DNA of 64,000 nucleotides from a virus (lineage: Duplodnaviria; Heunggongvirae; Uroviricota; Caudoviricetes), in IMG/VR virus record IMGVR_UViG_3300009979_000063, positions 1-64,000 of that record; one strand, 5' to 3'. Under the pieces are notes generated by a model, which did no database searches, was not told the DNA's origin, and worked only from the letters and a program-made list of their open reading frames with translations. Below are positions 36,268-46,423 of the stretch, in pieces; position 1 is the stretch's first letter; each line of letters opens with the position of its first letter. Both the position numbers and the translations under genes were made by a program.

Positions 36268-39200
36268 TTATCGAATCTTTCCAGTGCGCTTCTTAGCTAC
36301 ACGCAAGCGCTCCTCAATAACATCAGCAACGTCTTCTGCTGTCAAAGTTGCAGGCGCATTGCTCAAGTCTATATTAAAATTATACTCGTCTCCACCATGC
36401 TGGTCAATGTTATTAATTCCATCCTTTAGCTTACGACTTAGTGGCTCGGTCAGAACAGTTTCATTCTTGTGCAAGTTAGCCAACGTATTATCAAAGTTGA
36501 TAGTTCCTCCTATTGCTAGGCCCGGAATAATCGATCTAGGATCAACGAAACGCCCTGGTCCTGGTCCAGCTTGAAAGTGCAAGTGAGGTCCAGTTGATCT
36601 ACCTGTAGAACCAACAGCACCGATAATCTGTCCTTTTCTTACTTGGTCTCCAACCTTTACGTTATACGATGACTGGTGAGCGTAACCTGTAATTAGACCG
36701 TTTCCATGGTCAATCAATGTCCAGTTACCAAAGCCGTTTCCTGTATCTCCTACACGTATAACTGTACCGTTTCCAACAGACATAATTGGCGTGCCAGCGG
36801 GGGCACCATAGTCAATACCGTCGTGCAGACTGCGTGTACCGTTAATAGGGTCAGTTCTCCAACCGTAAGGGCTTGTGATCTTTCCGTTGGCGATTGGCTT
36901 ACCATCTGCACTACCAGCGCCCGCGATTAATGCGAACTGTCGTCCGAACCATCCAAGGCCAGGTGCAGCACTAATTCCTGTTCCAATTCCGCCGCCAAGC
37001 AATGCTGCCGCCATTGCTTCCCACTTTGCATAAGCACCAGGGAATGCGCTAACTTGAACCGCTTGTGCCGCCTGCGCCAATGCCATTGAGTTTCTGTTCG
37101 GGAACGCAAATAGTCCTCGCTGTCCACCTTTGCCGCCAAGGAAGAACATTTTTGCGGACTCCACAGGATTAGTACGCTCTGCCACAGATCCCCATGCCGC
37201 ACGCTGTTGGAATAGACCTAATGAGTCACGGTCACCGTAATTTAGATTACGTAGCGTGGATTCCTGCATCGCTGTCATCAAGGCGATAAGAATATCTCGT
37301 CCAGAGGCACCAAGAGACTTACCGACACTAGCAATGGTATTAGCATTTTGTAGCTGCTCTAGACTTAGATTAACCCCGCCATAATTGCCGGGCTTCAAGC
37401 TTATCTGACCATTGAAAGCATTTGCTCCGCCTGGCCCGCTAGCCCCCGCATCATTCAAGGCCATTTGCATCATTAGCTGCATCATTCCGGCAGCAAACAT
37501 ACCACCGAGCAAACCATAGCCACCGAAAACATCGGAAGGTCCACCGAAACCAATCTTTCCTTCGTTAATTTGGCGCATAGTATCTATACCAAGACTATCC
37601 ACGATTGACTTCTTCATCATGAATTCGCCACGTTGAGCAAGAATTGGTACTTCGTCACTCTGCATACCGCCGGACTTTCCTGCTCTACCGGAAGGCGCAC
37701 CGCCAATAAATCCACCGCCGTGGAATCCGCGAACCTGACCACTACCTACTCCACGTGTATCGGCTACTCTAGGTGGCGGTGGTGCTGGTGGTGGCTGGCT
37801 CCAACGATCCGGCAATCTACCGGTAATCAATGTATTCATGAATTCGCCAATTGTCATGCCGAACGCACCCTGCGCAATAGCGTTACCAGTCTTAGTACCG
37901 AAATCTCTCCATACGGCTTCATTTGACATTTGAGCTTGTGCAATAGCAACGTTGTCTTGCAATGTTCGCCCTACAATGCCGCCCCACTCGTTACCGTGAC
38001 CAACAAGAACAATTCCGTACTTCTGATAGATTTCCTCAACGCGAGTCTTGTGTGCGTTTAGTTCAGCTTCATTACGAGGGATGAATGCTTGCAGTTCACG
38101 TAATTCAGTCTCCATCGCACGCTTTGCTGCTTCCTGCTTCTTGCGCTCGGTTTCTTCTTTCTTAGACTGCTCTTTAGCCAAACTATCGATTCGGTTCTGC
38201 AAGCGCTCCTTTTCCATATCGCGCTGTTCCTCAAGATGCTTACGCTCCATATCTTTCTGCTTGTTAAGCGAATCCTGAACGGCTTGTTCTTCTTCCGCTA
38301 ATGCATCTAGTTTGGCTTGTTTCGCTTCCTGGATTCCGTCCTTACGATTATTAAGTGAATCGATCTGACCTTGTTGGCCTTCCCGGCGGTTTTGATACGC
38401 TAGGTTAGATGCTGATCGTGAATCTTCTTGAGTCCAAGAAGATTGCGTAGTCATCATGTTATTTGTGATCTTCGCAGCTTCATCCAAATTGCCGCCAGCA
38501 ATAGCTCTGTTGTAGTCAATGCGAGCATTTAACAATTCGTTCTGTCGTTGTAGACGCTTTTCTTCGGCATCGAACATGCGTTCACGTTCATCATGTTGCT
38601 TTTCTTCAAGCGCCATCTGGTCCTGAATTGTCTTAATCTGGTCGTCAATGGCTTTTTCTTGAGCTTTGGCTTCGTCCTCGATTGCCTTCTTTCTGCCTTC
38701 GTAAGTCTTCTTGTGGTTGTCCATTGTCTGGTCCCACCGCTCATCAAAAGCATCCATGCGCTTATCCCAAGCCTTATCAGCCTGCTTTCCTTCTTGCTCT
38801 AATGCTTCTTTCTTGGCGTCATATGACTTAGTTATAGCATCTAAGCGAGCCGCAAAATCTTCGTCAGCCATTCTTGATGCTTCCCCTAGCATGTCATTCT
38901 GAGCACCAGACATAATTCCTTGCATCTTTGAGGAGAAGTTGGATCCTTGCTCGTCTTTATTCTCGCCAAATATCGACCAATTGTCAGATCCAGTAAGGAA
39001 ATTGGAAACATTGCCAGACGCGATTTCATTAACAGTTGGTCCATAACCCTTAAGAGTGTCTACCCAGTCATTAAACTTCTTCTTTGTATCTTCGACTATC
39101 GCTCCGGTTTGCTGCATCAAGTAATTAAGCTGCCCAGTCTTCAACGCTTGCGCATCTAGACCTGCTGCCGCAGCGTACGATGCCGCCAATAGGTCTTTTT

Positions 39201-42200
39201 CTTCTTCTGTAAGAGCCTTACCTTTTGCTGCTGAATCGGCGATTATCTTGTTGTATCCAGCCACCGCGTCTGCTGCGCCCATGGTCTTGGTAGTGCTTGT
39301 CTCAAACAGCAAGCTGATATCGTGCTGCGACAAGGCAGCGTCAGCATTTACTCTAATCAGGTCAGCCACCTTAGTAATCAACGCATCGTAGCGATTTGCT
39401 AGTTCAGCTAGCTTGATATCATCCTGAGTACCGTAGGTTGCGTCATATCGACTTCCCGTAGGTGCGCCCGCATCAAAATTGATGTTGCGTTCTTTCAGCA
39501 CATCCCAGAAGTTCTTACCTTCTAGACCCATTCCTTTAAGTGCATCGTTTAGAACTTGGTCCATCGATTTCTTTAAACCATCGGCATAAAAGCGCTGCTG
39601 TTGTGGGTTCAGGCTTATGAATCTCTTCATCACCGTATCACTAAGCGTATCGATTTGCGCTTTACCAAGATCATTCATCTGTCCGCCTAAACCATGCATG
39701 GCATCATTGCCTGGCGATATTAGACCGGCATACATATCATCACGGAATGTCCGGAAGTCTTGAATTCCACTTGTGAAGTCGAACTTGACATTAATATCAG
39801 ACATGATCTTCTCAATCTCACCCTTTGTTTTGCCTGCCGCTTCTAGCAAGGTTCGCATCGAAAACTTGATTTTGTCAGGATCAACGCCTTGGCCGATAAG
39901 TCTTTCTACTTCGCCGAATATAATTGATTCTGGCTGCTGCACATTATCCTTACCTGACGGAGCATGCGCTAAAGCGTCAATAACTCCCTTCTGCGCCTCG
40001 CGAATCCCCTGCTTTATCATTTCATCGTTGACGCCGCCAGCCGCATTGCCAATATCACCATACTTCTTTTCAACGAATCCTAGTGCTTCCGCCCATTTAC
40101 CCGTCGTATCCTTAAGCTGTTCTTGGCGCGCTACAGCTTCCCGCTGCTTTTTGGTGATAAGCATGTAAAGGCCAGCCGCCGCGATGCCAGCCGCTGCTAA
40201 AGCGATTCCCCACGGTCCCCAAAGGGCAGACATCATTGCGCCCATCTTGCTAAATCCAGTCTTGATTCCGCTGAACATTGCGCCGGTCGCTTTACCCATT
40301 TTGCTTGTCGCGCCACTGAATGCGGTAGCCATCTTTCCGCCGCCTTGCTTCGTAGCATTAGGCCACTCGATGGATACGCTGTTCTTTACCTTCTCAAGCA
40401 TTGTCTTAGCACCTTCCGTGCCTTTCTTGAACATATTGCCTATTCCGCTACCCAAGTTTGGGAATATAGCAAGAGCACCAGAAATTAACATGACAATGTT
40501 GAAGAACGATTCTGCTCCTGACCCCGCCGCGGCAAAATACGATCCAATTCCAGCTACAGCCGATACACCAAGCATTGCCTTGTCATTGAACGCTTTCTGC
40601 AAGAATCCTGTCTTCTCAACCTTGGTGTTCAGCTTGTCTTGTTCTGCCTTCTGCGCTGCAATATTTGCTACAGCTTCCTCACGATACTTGTTTTCTTCTT
40701 TTAGATATTGTCCTATCTCTGCACGCTCAGCTTTAGTTACGGGACGTGTCTTTGTACCGGCCTCGTTTGTGAATGCACGCGGATCGCGCTTACTTAGCTC
40801 GCCATTTTCCTTCTGATAGACCTTTACCTGCTGTCCATTCAATAATGTCAAAGTGCGTTGCTTCTGAATTAGCTGATCTAATGTTCCAGCCTGCACTTTT
40901 GATTCAACATTGGATTTAGCTCTAGCGCTGATTTCTTCGTTGATGCTCGCATTAGTTTGCTTCTGCAATTCATTTGCGTAACGCATTGCTTCTTCACGTT
41001 CGCCGGGTGTAGCCATGCGCTTTTGCTTACCTGTATCCGGGTCAACGATCTGCATCATCCCAAGCTTTCCAGCTTGTGTGTAATTCAGCTTGGCCTGAGC
41101 ACCAGACGACAGAGTTATCTTTTCCTGCTTTTGCAGTAACTGACCCAATGTTCCATTCTTTTTTGCCAGCTCGACTTGCGCCTGCGCATGCATTTGCAGT
41201 TCTTCTTTTAGCAGAGCATTGAACTTGCGCTCTTGCTCGCGCTCCGCAGCAATCCAATTACCACTCTTGTCTTGCACTTGCAAAGATTTACTAGCTGGTA
41301 TTTTTACGATCTCGCCGGTTTTGCGGTCTGTTCGTTCCCTGGCCGGAAAGTACATCTGACGAATAGGCTGACCATCCATAGCTACAATCTTTCCTGTAGC
41401 ATCACGAGTAATAGATCCACCTATCTTGTTCGGTATACCTGGCGAATCGACACCTATTTGTCTAGCCCCTGTAGACTTAGCTGTTGACTTTCCGCTTACG
41501 TTTCCAGTTGCAGCAACCGCCGCCATTTCCTTAGCTGCTAAAGTAGTGTTTCTATATGCTGCCTCTAGTCTGTCCAATTGAACGATAAGCATCTGCATGC
41601 CTGTCTTTTCCTTCGCCTGTTCAGACTGTAGTGTCTTAGAAGCAAGTTCGGCTGCTTTTTGCTCCATTGTCACACCGCGGTACTTAGAGAAAATACGGCC
41701 AAATGCGCCTAAGAACTTAATAAACTGACCGAAGGCGTTACCGAACAGACCGCCGAGCATGATTAGTGGTCCCGCAATAGCTGCCAAACCAATGGCAACA
41801 ATAGTAGCTTTCTTAGCCCATTCGGGCATGCCATTAAAGAATTTGGCTACGTCAGATGCGGTATCGACGAACCAAGTTCCTACTTCAAGTGCGGCTTCAC
41901 CTAATCCAAGGAAATTAGTCTTGAATCGATCCAATGCAATTTCCCATTGCTTATAAGCTGACTGCTGCATTCGGATGGTTTCTGTCTGTGCCGCTACCCA
42001 AAGGTCAAAGTTGGACATCTGCGCAATCTTCAAAGCCGTGCCTACTTGCTTGCCACCCTTGCTGAATGCCTCAAATAGTGTTACCAAACGATCTACTTGG
42101 TAACGTCCACCTAGTTGAGCTAGGAACTGCTGCAATGGAAGACCTTCTACACCGGCCTGATTAAATGCATCACCCATTGCTAGAAGAGTAGGAATAACTT

Positions 42201-43287
42201 CACCCTTGGTCTGCGTAACTAGTTGATCCAGATTCTTGCCGGTCAGATTCTCGAACATCTGCTTAGCTTTGGGATTTGGATTAATCAGCGCTACGTTGAG
42301 AGACTTGATGCTGTTCGCCGCTACGGCTGCATCTACACCCCCGGCTTTTAATGCCACCATCATTGCGCCAAGGTCTTTAACGTCTCCACCTAGAGCCTGT
42401 ACAGAGCTAGCAGCACGAGGAATAGCCTCAGCAAAATCATCCATAGAAAGAGACGTTTCGTTCTCAATCTGGTTCATATAGTTGATTGTGTTGCCAAGTT
42501 CTTCGGACGATTGCTTAAAAGCAGTCTGCGTAGCAATAGACGCTTTAACCGCTGTGTTGTAATCCATGTTTCCTAGCGCTGCTAGCTTCATGGTCGCTAC
42601 AGTAGATTTCTCTAACTCGCCGCCCGTTAATCCAGTAGCGGCAAGTTGTCCCATTACATCAAGAGTATCTTTTGTAGCTGATCCGTATTGTTCACGGATA
42701 AAGTTGGCGGTGCGCATCGCTTCATCGCGCAAGCCTTTAGTTGAGCCGTTGTAAACACGCTCAATCTGATTCATCATCTTGTCGATTGAGTAGTAATAGG
42801 CGCCTGCGGCTGCGGCTGCCGCGGCCAAAGGTACACTTAAACCAACGGTTAGCTGTCTACCCGCCCACTGTACATTTTTACCCCAGTCAACAATAGTATT
42901 ACCTGTTGCCTTTAGTGCATCATTGAAGACACCCAGCGCTACTTTATCTTGCGTGAGTGCATTACGATTAAAGAATCCCTGGCGAGACGCTGCGGAACTA
43001 ATTGACTTTACTTGATCTGGAATGGCGACTTGTACAGTATTGCCGCCCATCCATTTAGCAGTAGCCTGCTGCAAACGCATTTGCTCTTTGGTAAGCTCTT
43101 GCGTACCTGTGCGTAACTTCTTATAGACATCAACTGTATCGAGCAACGACATCTTGCGTTGCTGAGTCTTCTTGATGAGGTCGTCACTGGCTTTTAGATC
43201 AGGCTGCCAATCGAACTTGGTTCCGTTTAGCTTACGGAGTTGAGAAACGAAGTCAGAAATATCTGCCCTGGCGCCCATATGCGCCAT
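36268..43287 (-). CDS. tape measure protein (2339 aa) with lytic transglycosylase-like and C-terminal M23 peptidase domains
   Basis: hydrophobic segments (aa 490-530, 870-1000); ~75-aa internal repeat (aa 700-860); MQESTLRNL..GLFQQR SLT-like motif; GYAHQSSYNVKVGDQV..GSTGRSTGPHLHFQ LytM/M23 motif. Confidence 0.9.
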   Translation of the reverse strand: MAHMGARADISDFVSQLRKLNGTKFDWQPDLKASDDLIKKTQQRKMSLLDTVDVYKKLRTGTQELTKEQMRLQQATAKWMGGNTVQVAIPDQVKSISSAASRQGFFNRNALTQDKVALGVFNDALKATGNTIVDWGKNVQWAGRQLTVGLSVPLAAAAAAAGAYYYSIDKMMNQIERVYNGSTKGLRDEAMRTANFIREQYGSATKDTLDVMGQLAATGLTGGELEKSTVATMKLAALGNMDYNTAVKASIATQTAFKQSSEELGNTINYMNQIENETSLSMDDFAEAIPRAASSVQALGGDVKDLGAMMVALKAGGVDAAVAANSIKSLNVALINPNPKAKQMFENLTGKNLDQLVTQTKGEVIPTLLAMGDAFNQAGVEGLPLQQFLAQLGGRYQVDRLVTLFEAFSKGGKQVGTALKIAQMSNFDLWVAAQTETIRMQQSAYKQWEIALDRFKTNFLGLGEAALEVGTWFVDTASDVAKFFNGMPEWAKKATIVAIGLAAIAGPLIMLGGLFGNAFGQFIKFLGAFGRIFSKYRGVTMEQKAAELASKTLQSEQAKEKTGMQMLIVQLDRLEAAYRNTTLAAKEMAAVAATGNVSGKSTAKSTGARQIGVDSPGIPNKIGGSITRDATGKIVAMDGQPIRQMYFPARERTDRKTGEIVKIPASKSLQVQDKSGNWIAAEREQERKFNALLKEELQMHAQAQVELAKKNGTLGQLLQKQEKITLSSGAQAKLNYTQAGKLGMMQIVDPDTGKQKRMATPGEREEAMRYANELQKQTNASINEEISARAKSNVESKVQAGTLDQLIQKQRTLTLLNGQQVKVYQKENGELSKRDPRAFTNEAGTKTRPVTKAERAEIGQYLKEENKYREEAVANIAAQKAEQDKLNTKVEKTGFLQKAFNDKAMLGVSAVAGIGSYFAAAGSGAESFFNIVMLISGALAIFPNLGSGIGNMFKKGTEGAKTMLEKVKNSVSIEWPNATKQGGGKMATAFSGATSKMGKATGAMFSGIKTGFSKMGAMMSALWGPWGIALAAAGIAAAGLYMLITKKQREAVARQEQLKDTTGKWAEALGFVEKKYGDIGNAAGGVNDEMIKQGIREAQKGVIDALAHAPSGKDNVQQPESIIFGEVERLIGQGVDPDKIKFSMRTLLEAAGKTKGEIEKIMSDINVKFDFTSGIQDFRTFRDDMYAGLISPGNDAMHGLGGQMNDLGKAQIDTLSDTVMKRFISLNPQQQRFYADGLKKSMDQVLNDALKGMGLEGKNFWDVLKERNINFDAGAPTGSRYDATYGTQDDIKLAELANRYDALITKVADLIRVNADAALSQHDISLLFETSTTKTMGAADAVAGYNKIIADSAAKGKALTEEEKDLLAASYAAAAGLDAQALKTGQLNYLMQQTGAIVEDTKKKFNDWVDTLKGYGPTVNEIASGNVSNFLTGSDNWSIFGENKDEQGSNFSSKMQGIMSGAQNDMLGEASRMADEDFAARLDAITKSYDAKKEALEQEGKQADKAWDKRMDAFDERWDQTMDNHKKTYEGRKKAIEDEAKAQEKAIDDQIKTIQDQMALEEKQHDERERMFDAEEKRLQRQNELLNARIDYNRAIAGGNLDEAAKITNNMMTTQSSWTQEDSRSASNLAYQNRREGQQGQIDSLNNRKDGIQEAKQAKLDALAEEEQAVQDSLNKQKDMERKHLEEQRDMEKERLQNRIDSLAKEQSKKEETERKKQEAAKRAMETELRELQAFIPRNEAELNAHKTRVEEIYQKYGIVLVGHGNEWGGIVGRTLQDNVAIAQAQMSNEAVWRDFGTKTGNAIAQGAFGMTIGEFMNTLITGRLPDRWSQPPPAPPPPRVADTRGVGSGQVRGFHGGGFIGGAPSGRAGKSGGMQSDEVPILAQRGEFMMKKSIVDSLGIDTMRQINEGKIGFGGPSDVFGGYGLLGGMFAAGMMQLMMQMALNDAGASGPGGANAFNGQISLKPGNYGGVNLSLEQLQNANTIASVGKSLGASGRDILIALMTAMQESTLRNLNYGDRDSLGLFQQRAAWGSVAERTNPVESAKMFFLGGKGGQRGLFAFPNRNSMALAQAAQAVQVSAFPGAYAKWEAMAAALLGGGIGTGISAAPGLGWFGRQFALIAGAGSADGKPIANGKITSPYGWRTDPINGTRSLHDGIDYGAPAGTPIMSVGNGTVIRVGDTGNGFGNWTLIDHGNGLITGYAHQSSYNVKVGDQVRKGQIIGAVGSTGRSTGPHLHFQAGPGPGRFVDPRSIIPGLAIGGTINFDNTLANLHKNETVLTEPLSRKLKDGINNIDQHGGDEYNFNIDLSNAPATLTAEDVADVIEERLRVAKKRTGKIR

Positions 43288-43404
43288 TTTGGCATCAAGC
43301 GCTGCGGCCTGTGCGGTCGCTTGCTTGATAGCTGCGTTTAATTGAGAGAAATCCGCGTAACCCTCAAAGTTAATCGTTACGCGTGCTTGTCCGGCAGGTA
43401 TCTT

Positions 43405-43692
43405 TTATTCGTCTCCTTCCTCTTCATCTAGGTCTATCTCAAACATTGAGTCGTATTCGATCTCTTCTTCACTAACCCCGGCCGCTTTCGCCTGTGCTCT
43501 ACGCTTCACTTCATCGAAGCGGCTTTGCGTACCAACCTGCTTATCTAGGTCGACACCCTTTAGAGCAGCTGCAAATCTCTTTTGCTCCCATTGCGCATCG
43601 CGTGCGGTTTGGATAAGCATATTCATTTCGGCCAAACAGAGGTTAGATTCGACATCGTCAAACGATTTCCATGTACCTGCATAATGGTACAT
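43405..43692 (-). CDS. tail assembly chaperone, T-part (expressed as GT fusion by -1 frameshift)
   Basis: in the -1 frame relative to the upstream chaperone ORF; -1 frame is open from 43759 downward. Confidence 0.55.
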   Translation of the reverse strand: MYHYAGTWKSFDDVESNLCLAEMNMLIQTARDAQWEQKRFAAALKGVDLDKQVGTQSRFDEVKRRAQAKAAGVSEEEIEYDSMFEIDLDEEEGDE

Positions 43693-43712
43693 GACCTCAG
43701 CTGTTAAATCGG

Positions 43713-44126
43713 CTAGCCCATCATCCCAGCTGCCGCGCTCGCCTTCGTTAGATTTGGGTCATTCAACCGGATTCCTGCTGCGGCGTCTAATATATGCTCA
43801 AGAGTTGGCATATCTACGTGATCCGATAAAGTATCTGGATCAGCTAGTTTTGGCTCAAACTGCTGCATAGCGATTGCTACGGCTTCTAGCATAATGTCTA
43901 GCATTGTTACTGATTCGTTCTTCTTGTCATCGCTGGTCAATGCGTTTATCTTTTCATAGACCTTGCGCAAGTTCTTAATAGTCAAAGGGCGAATCTCTAT
44001 GTCGCCCTCCCAATCTTGAAGCTGAATAACTTCTGTTGAATAAATTTTGTTAGCCATAATCTGTAGTGTGTGATTTCCTTCCTTATGCGCTTTATTGATT
44101 TTAACATAAGACAACCCCCGGCACAA
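43713..44126 (-). CDS. tail assembly chaperone (G-like)
   Basis: position between the major tail protein and the tape measure protein; slippery site near its 3-prime end. Confidence 0.6.
   Translation of the reverse strand: MCRGLSYVKINKAHKEGNHTLQIMANKIYSTEVIQLQDWEGDIEIRPLTIKNLRKVYEKINALTSDDKKNESVTMLDIMLEAVAIAMQQFEPKLADPDTLSDHVDMPTLEHILDAAAGIRLNDPNLTKASAAAGMMG
43752..43758 (-). other. -1 programmed ribosomal frameshift slippery heptamer C_CCA_AAT
   Basis: X_XXY_YYZ heptamer in frame 0 of the G ORF, immediately after the TGA that closes the -1 frame; about 40 nt before the G stop. Confidence 0.5.
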
Positions 44127-44142
44127 ATATGCCGGGGGTTGT
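44111..44142 (-). terminator. 12-bp perfect hairpin downstream of major tail protein gene (attenuator/terminator)
   Basis: ACAACCCCCGGC-acaaatat-GCCGGGGGTTGT; weak U-tract. Confidence 0.4.
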
Positions 44143-44158
44143 CAATCACACACTCAGA

Positions 44159-44920
44159 TTAGCTAGTTGTAATTACGCGGTCACGGATTGAACCGTACTC
44201 CGCACCTGAAACAGATGCTGGAAGTAGACGGAACGTAACCGGGAACATAGTCGCTTCGTTACGCTTTAGGTTGTGCTGTGAAGCCTCAACAGAGATTACA
44301 CGTCTTAGGTGATAAACTCGTTCACGCTTCTTTCCTCTCGCTGCTGTAGCAGTTGCAGTCTGGAAAACACGAGGTGATCCACCTACGAATGCCATAGAAC
44401 GCTCGATAGGTTCGATACCTAGAGCACCAGCGGCAATACCTAGATGCTCGTCACCGTCGCTTAGTGGGACGCTAGATGCACCACCAGAGTTGAATCCGTT
44501 TGCATCGCCAGTACCTTCAACGCCCTTTTGCTTGTAAGAACCTGAGCCTGGTAGACCTTCGTAGTCATACGCAGACTGAGCCCAAGCAACAAGCAAGTTT
44601 TCTAGAGTAGTCTCAACAAGGTTAGTCTTTACTGTCGCTGTCATCTTCTGCTTGAATAGCTTTGCAGAGTCAAGCAACTGGTCTACTTCGACTTCACCAT
44701 AGTCAGGCGTGTAGTTGAATTCGATACCATCCTGCGTATAACCAACGTTACGCCATTCGGCAGAAGCTTGTAGAGCAGTCTGGTAAGAAGTACCGCTTGC
44801 GGGTGCGCTAGGTAGCGCAACACCTTCAAGAGGCCAATTCTGATTTAGGGAATCAATCTTAGAAAGAAAGATAGCCGCAGCACCAACAATAATGCTTCTT
44901 GCGCTGTAAAAGTCACTCAT
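44159..44920 (-). CDS. major tail protein
   Basis: 253 aa, upstream of the chaperone pair and followed by a hairpin; position-based. Confidence 0.55.
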   Translation of the reverse strand: MSDFYSARSIIVGAAAIFLSKIDSLNQNWPLEGVALPSAPASGTSYQTALQASAEWRNVGYTQDGIEFNYTPDYGEVEVDQLLDSAKLFKQKMTATVKTNLVETTLENLLVAWAQSAYDYEGLPGSGSYKQKGVEGTGDANGFNSGGASSVPLSDGDEHLGIAAGALGIEPIERSMAFVGGSPRVFQTATATAARGKKRERVYHLRRVISVEASQHNLKRNEATMFPVTFRLLPASVSGAEYGSIRDRVITTS

Positions 44921-44987
44921 TCATACGCTCTCCTTTCTTTAAAATTCCGTTCAAAGTCTTCGGGTTCCTACCCCTGACTAAAGTATA

Positions 44988-45596
44988 TCATTCCGAATAG
45001 TTGGCGCGCAAATTCGTTATTTCTGCGCTGGTTTCAAACATTCCAATATCCTGCGGCTGCAAGATAGTTTCATTACGTTCGATGCCTTCATATGTACAAC
45101 AGTAGGTTATAGCTATTACCATTGCATACCGGCCCGCTTCATCCACCATTTCGCTAGGCCCTGACATCTGATCTAATTCAAGATATTTGAAGTCGTATGG
45201 GTATTCGCTACTAGCGGAAAACTTGCTGTTCAGATCAGATGCCGACATGTCTTCGCGTGCCACAAGCCTACTTACAAAGTTAGCTATCTCAAGCATCCGA
45301 TCTACATCATTGTCATACCAGATATAGCTAACATTTCCTTCTATCATGAATACATTGTGCTCTATTGTTGTATTGTAGACAGCAAATGGAAGACTGCTGT
45401 AATCATTGTTATAAGGAGTAGTCGCTTCGGCTGATTGCTGCGCCGGGATAAAAAGTGGAACAGGAACGTTTTCACTGTCACGGTCCGACAGATCAGTCAC
45501 ATAGTCGCTCAGCGGAGGAACGATACTGCGTACTCTTAGTTCGTACTCGATCCAATCATTGATGTAATATATTGGATGGTCTCTATACTTAGACAT
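44988..45596 (-). CDS. head-tail joining / neck protein (hypothetical)
   Basis: position between capsid and tail genes. Confidence 0.35.
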   Translation of the reverse strand: MSKYRDHPIYYINDWIEYELRVRSIVPPLSDYVTDLSDRDSENVPVPLFIPAQQSAEATTPYNNDYSSLPFAVYNTTIEHNVFMIEGNVSYIWYDNDVDRMLEIANFVSRLVAREDMSASDLNSKFSASSEYPYDFKYLELDQMSGPSEMVDEAGRYAMVIAITYCCTYEGIERNETILQPQDIGMFETSAEITNLRANYSE

Positions 45597-46423
45597 TAGC
45601 CTCTTCCTCTCGTGTAAACGTAGCGGTTATTCATTGATCTCAATAGCTTAGCCTGCAACGTCGGGTCAATTGACATCTGAGCAATACTGAACGACTTTGA
45701 GCGCTGGCGGGTATTGACTTTCTTTATTGCTTCAACTGATTCTCTAACGATTATTTCCTGTAGCGCATCTAGTAGCTGCTCTTGAATTACTAGCTCAGGA
45801 ATGCCAGAAGTATAGAAATCTGTATACGCCCGGCCAAATGCGCCCCAGTGACCAACATTTCCCTGCCGATCAATTTCAACAATTCCAGGATTATAAACGA
45901 TTCCATTCTTAATCCATGAATTACCTGATGCTCCACCGCGGGCGCTGCCATTGGCTAGATATACCAAAACCTTAGCCATCTTCGGACTAATCGATACTGG
46001 CAACCCGTACTCCATGATTGGAGCCTTCCAAACGAAGATGTGACGTTGTTGCACTCCGACATCTTGTAATTTGGGTGCAACTGGAACCAAAGACTTGGAT
46101 CTTAAAAACTCAAATCCTGCTTGCTTTTTAGCTCCATTGCCTTTCAGCGTGTCCTTCCAAAGACGTGCTGTAGGATCGCCGACTCTTCCCCATTCGTACA
46201 TGTGCGATAGTGAGCTAGCCCCGCGCATAGCTTCAACTGTCATATAACTAATAAACTCTTTTGATGTCAACGCATGAGCTTCGCTGATTACTTTACTAAT
46301 ATGCACCGGCGATTTTAATGTTTCAGCAACGGTGTGAATAACTTGCGCTACTCCCCCGACCTTTTCTTCTACGTCAGTTGCAAAGTTTGGGTGCGTTGTA
46401 TTATAGGTTTGCTTAGGTGCCAC
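45596..46423 (-). CDS. head-tail joining / neck protein (hypothetical)
   Basis: position; overlapping start/stop with neighbours. Confidence 0.35.
   Translation of the reverse strand: MAPKQTYNTTHPNFATDVEEKVGGVAQVIHTVAETLKSPVHISKVISEAHALTSKEFISYMTVEAMRGASSLSHMYEWGRVGDPTARLWKDTLKGNGAKKQAGFEFLRSKSLVPVAPKLQDVGVQQRHIFVWKAPIMEYGLPVSISPKMAKVLVYLANGSARGGASGNSWIKNGIVYNPGIVEIDRQGNVGHWGAFGRAYTDFYTSGIPELVIQEQLLDALQEIIVRESVEAIKKVNTRQRSKSFSIAQMSIDPTLQAKLLRSMNNRYVYTRGRG

Noticed and set aside
40184-40816. 210-aa plus-strand ORF, and many other plus-strand ORFs between 1 and 61 kb (for example 14044..14517, 12498..12809, 35090..35452)
   Set aside because: All lie antisense within well-supported minus-strand genes (tape measure protein, recA and others). 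They have low-complexity Ser/Pro/Ala-rich translations and lack ribosome-binding sites, consistent with spurious antisense frames.
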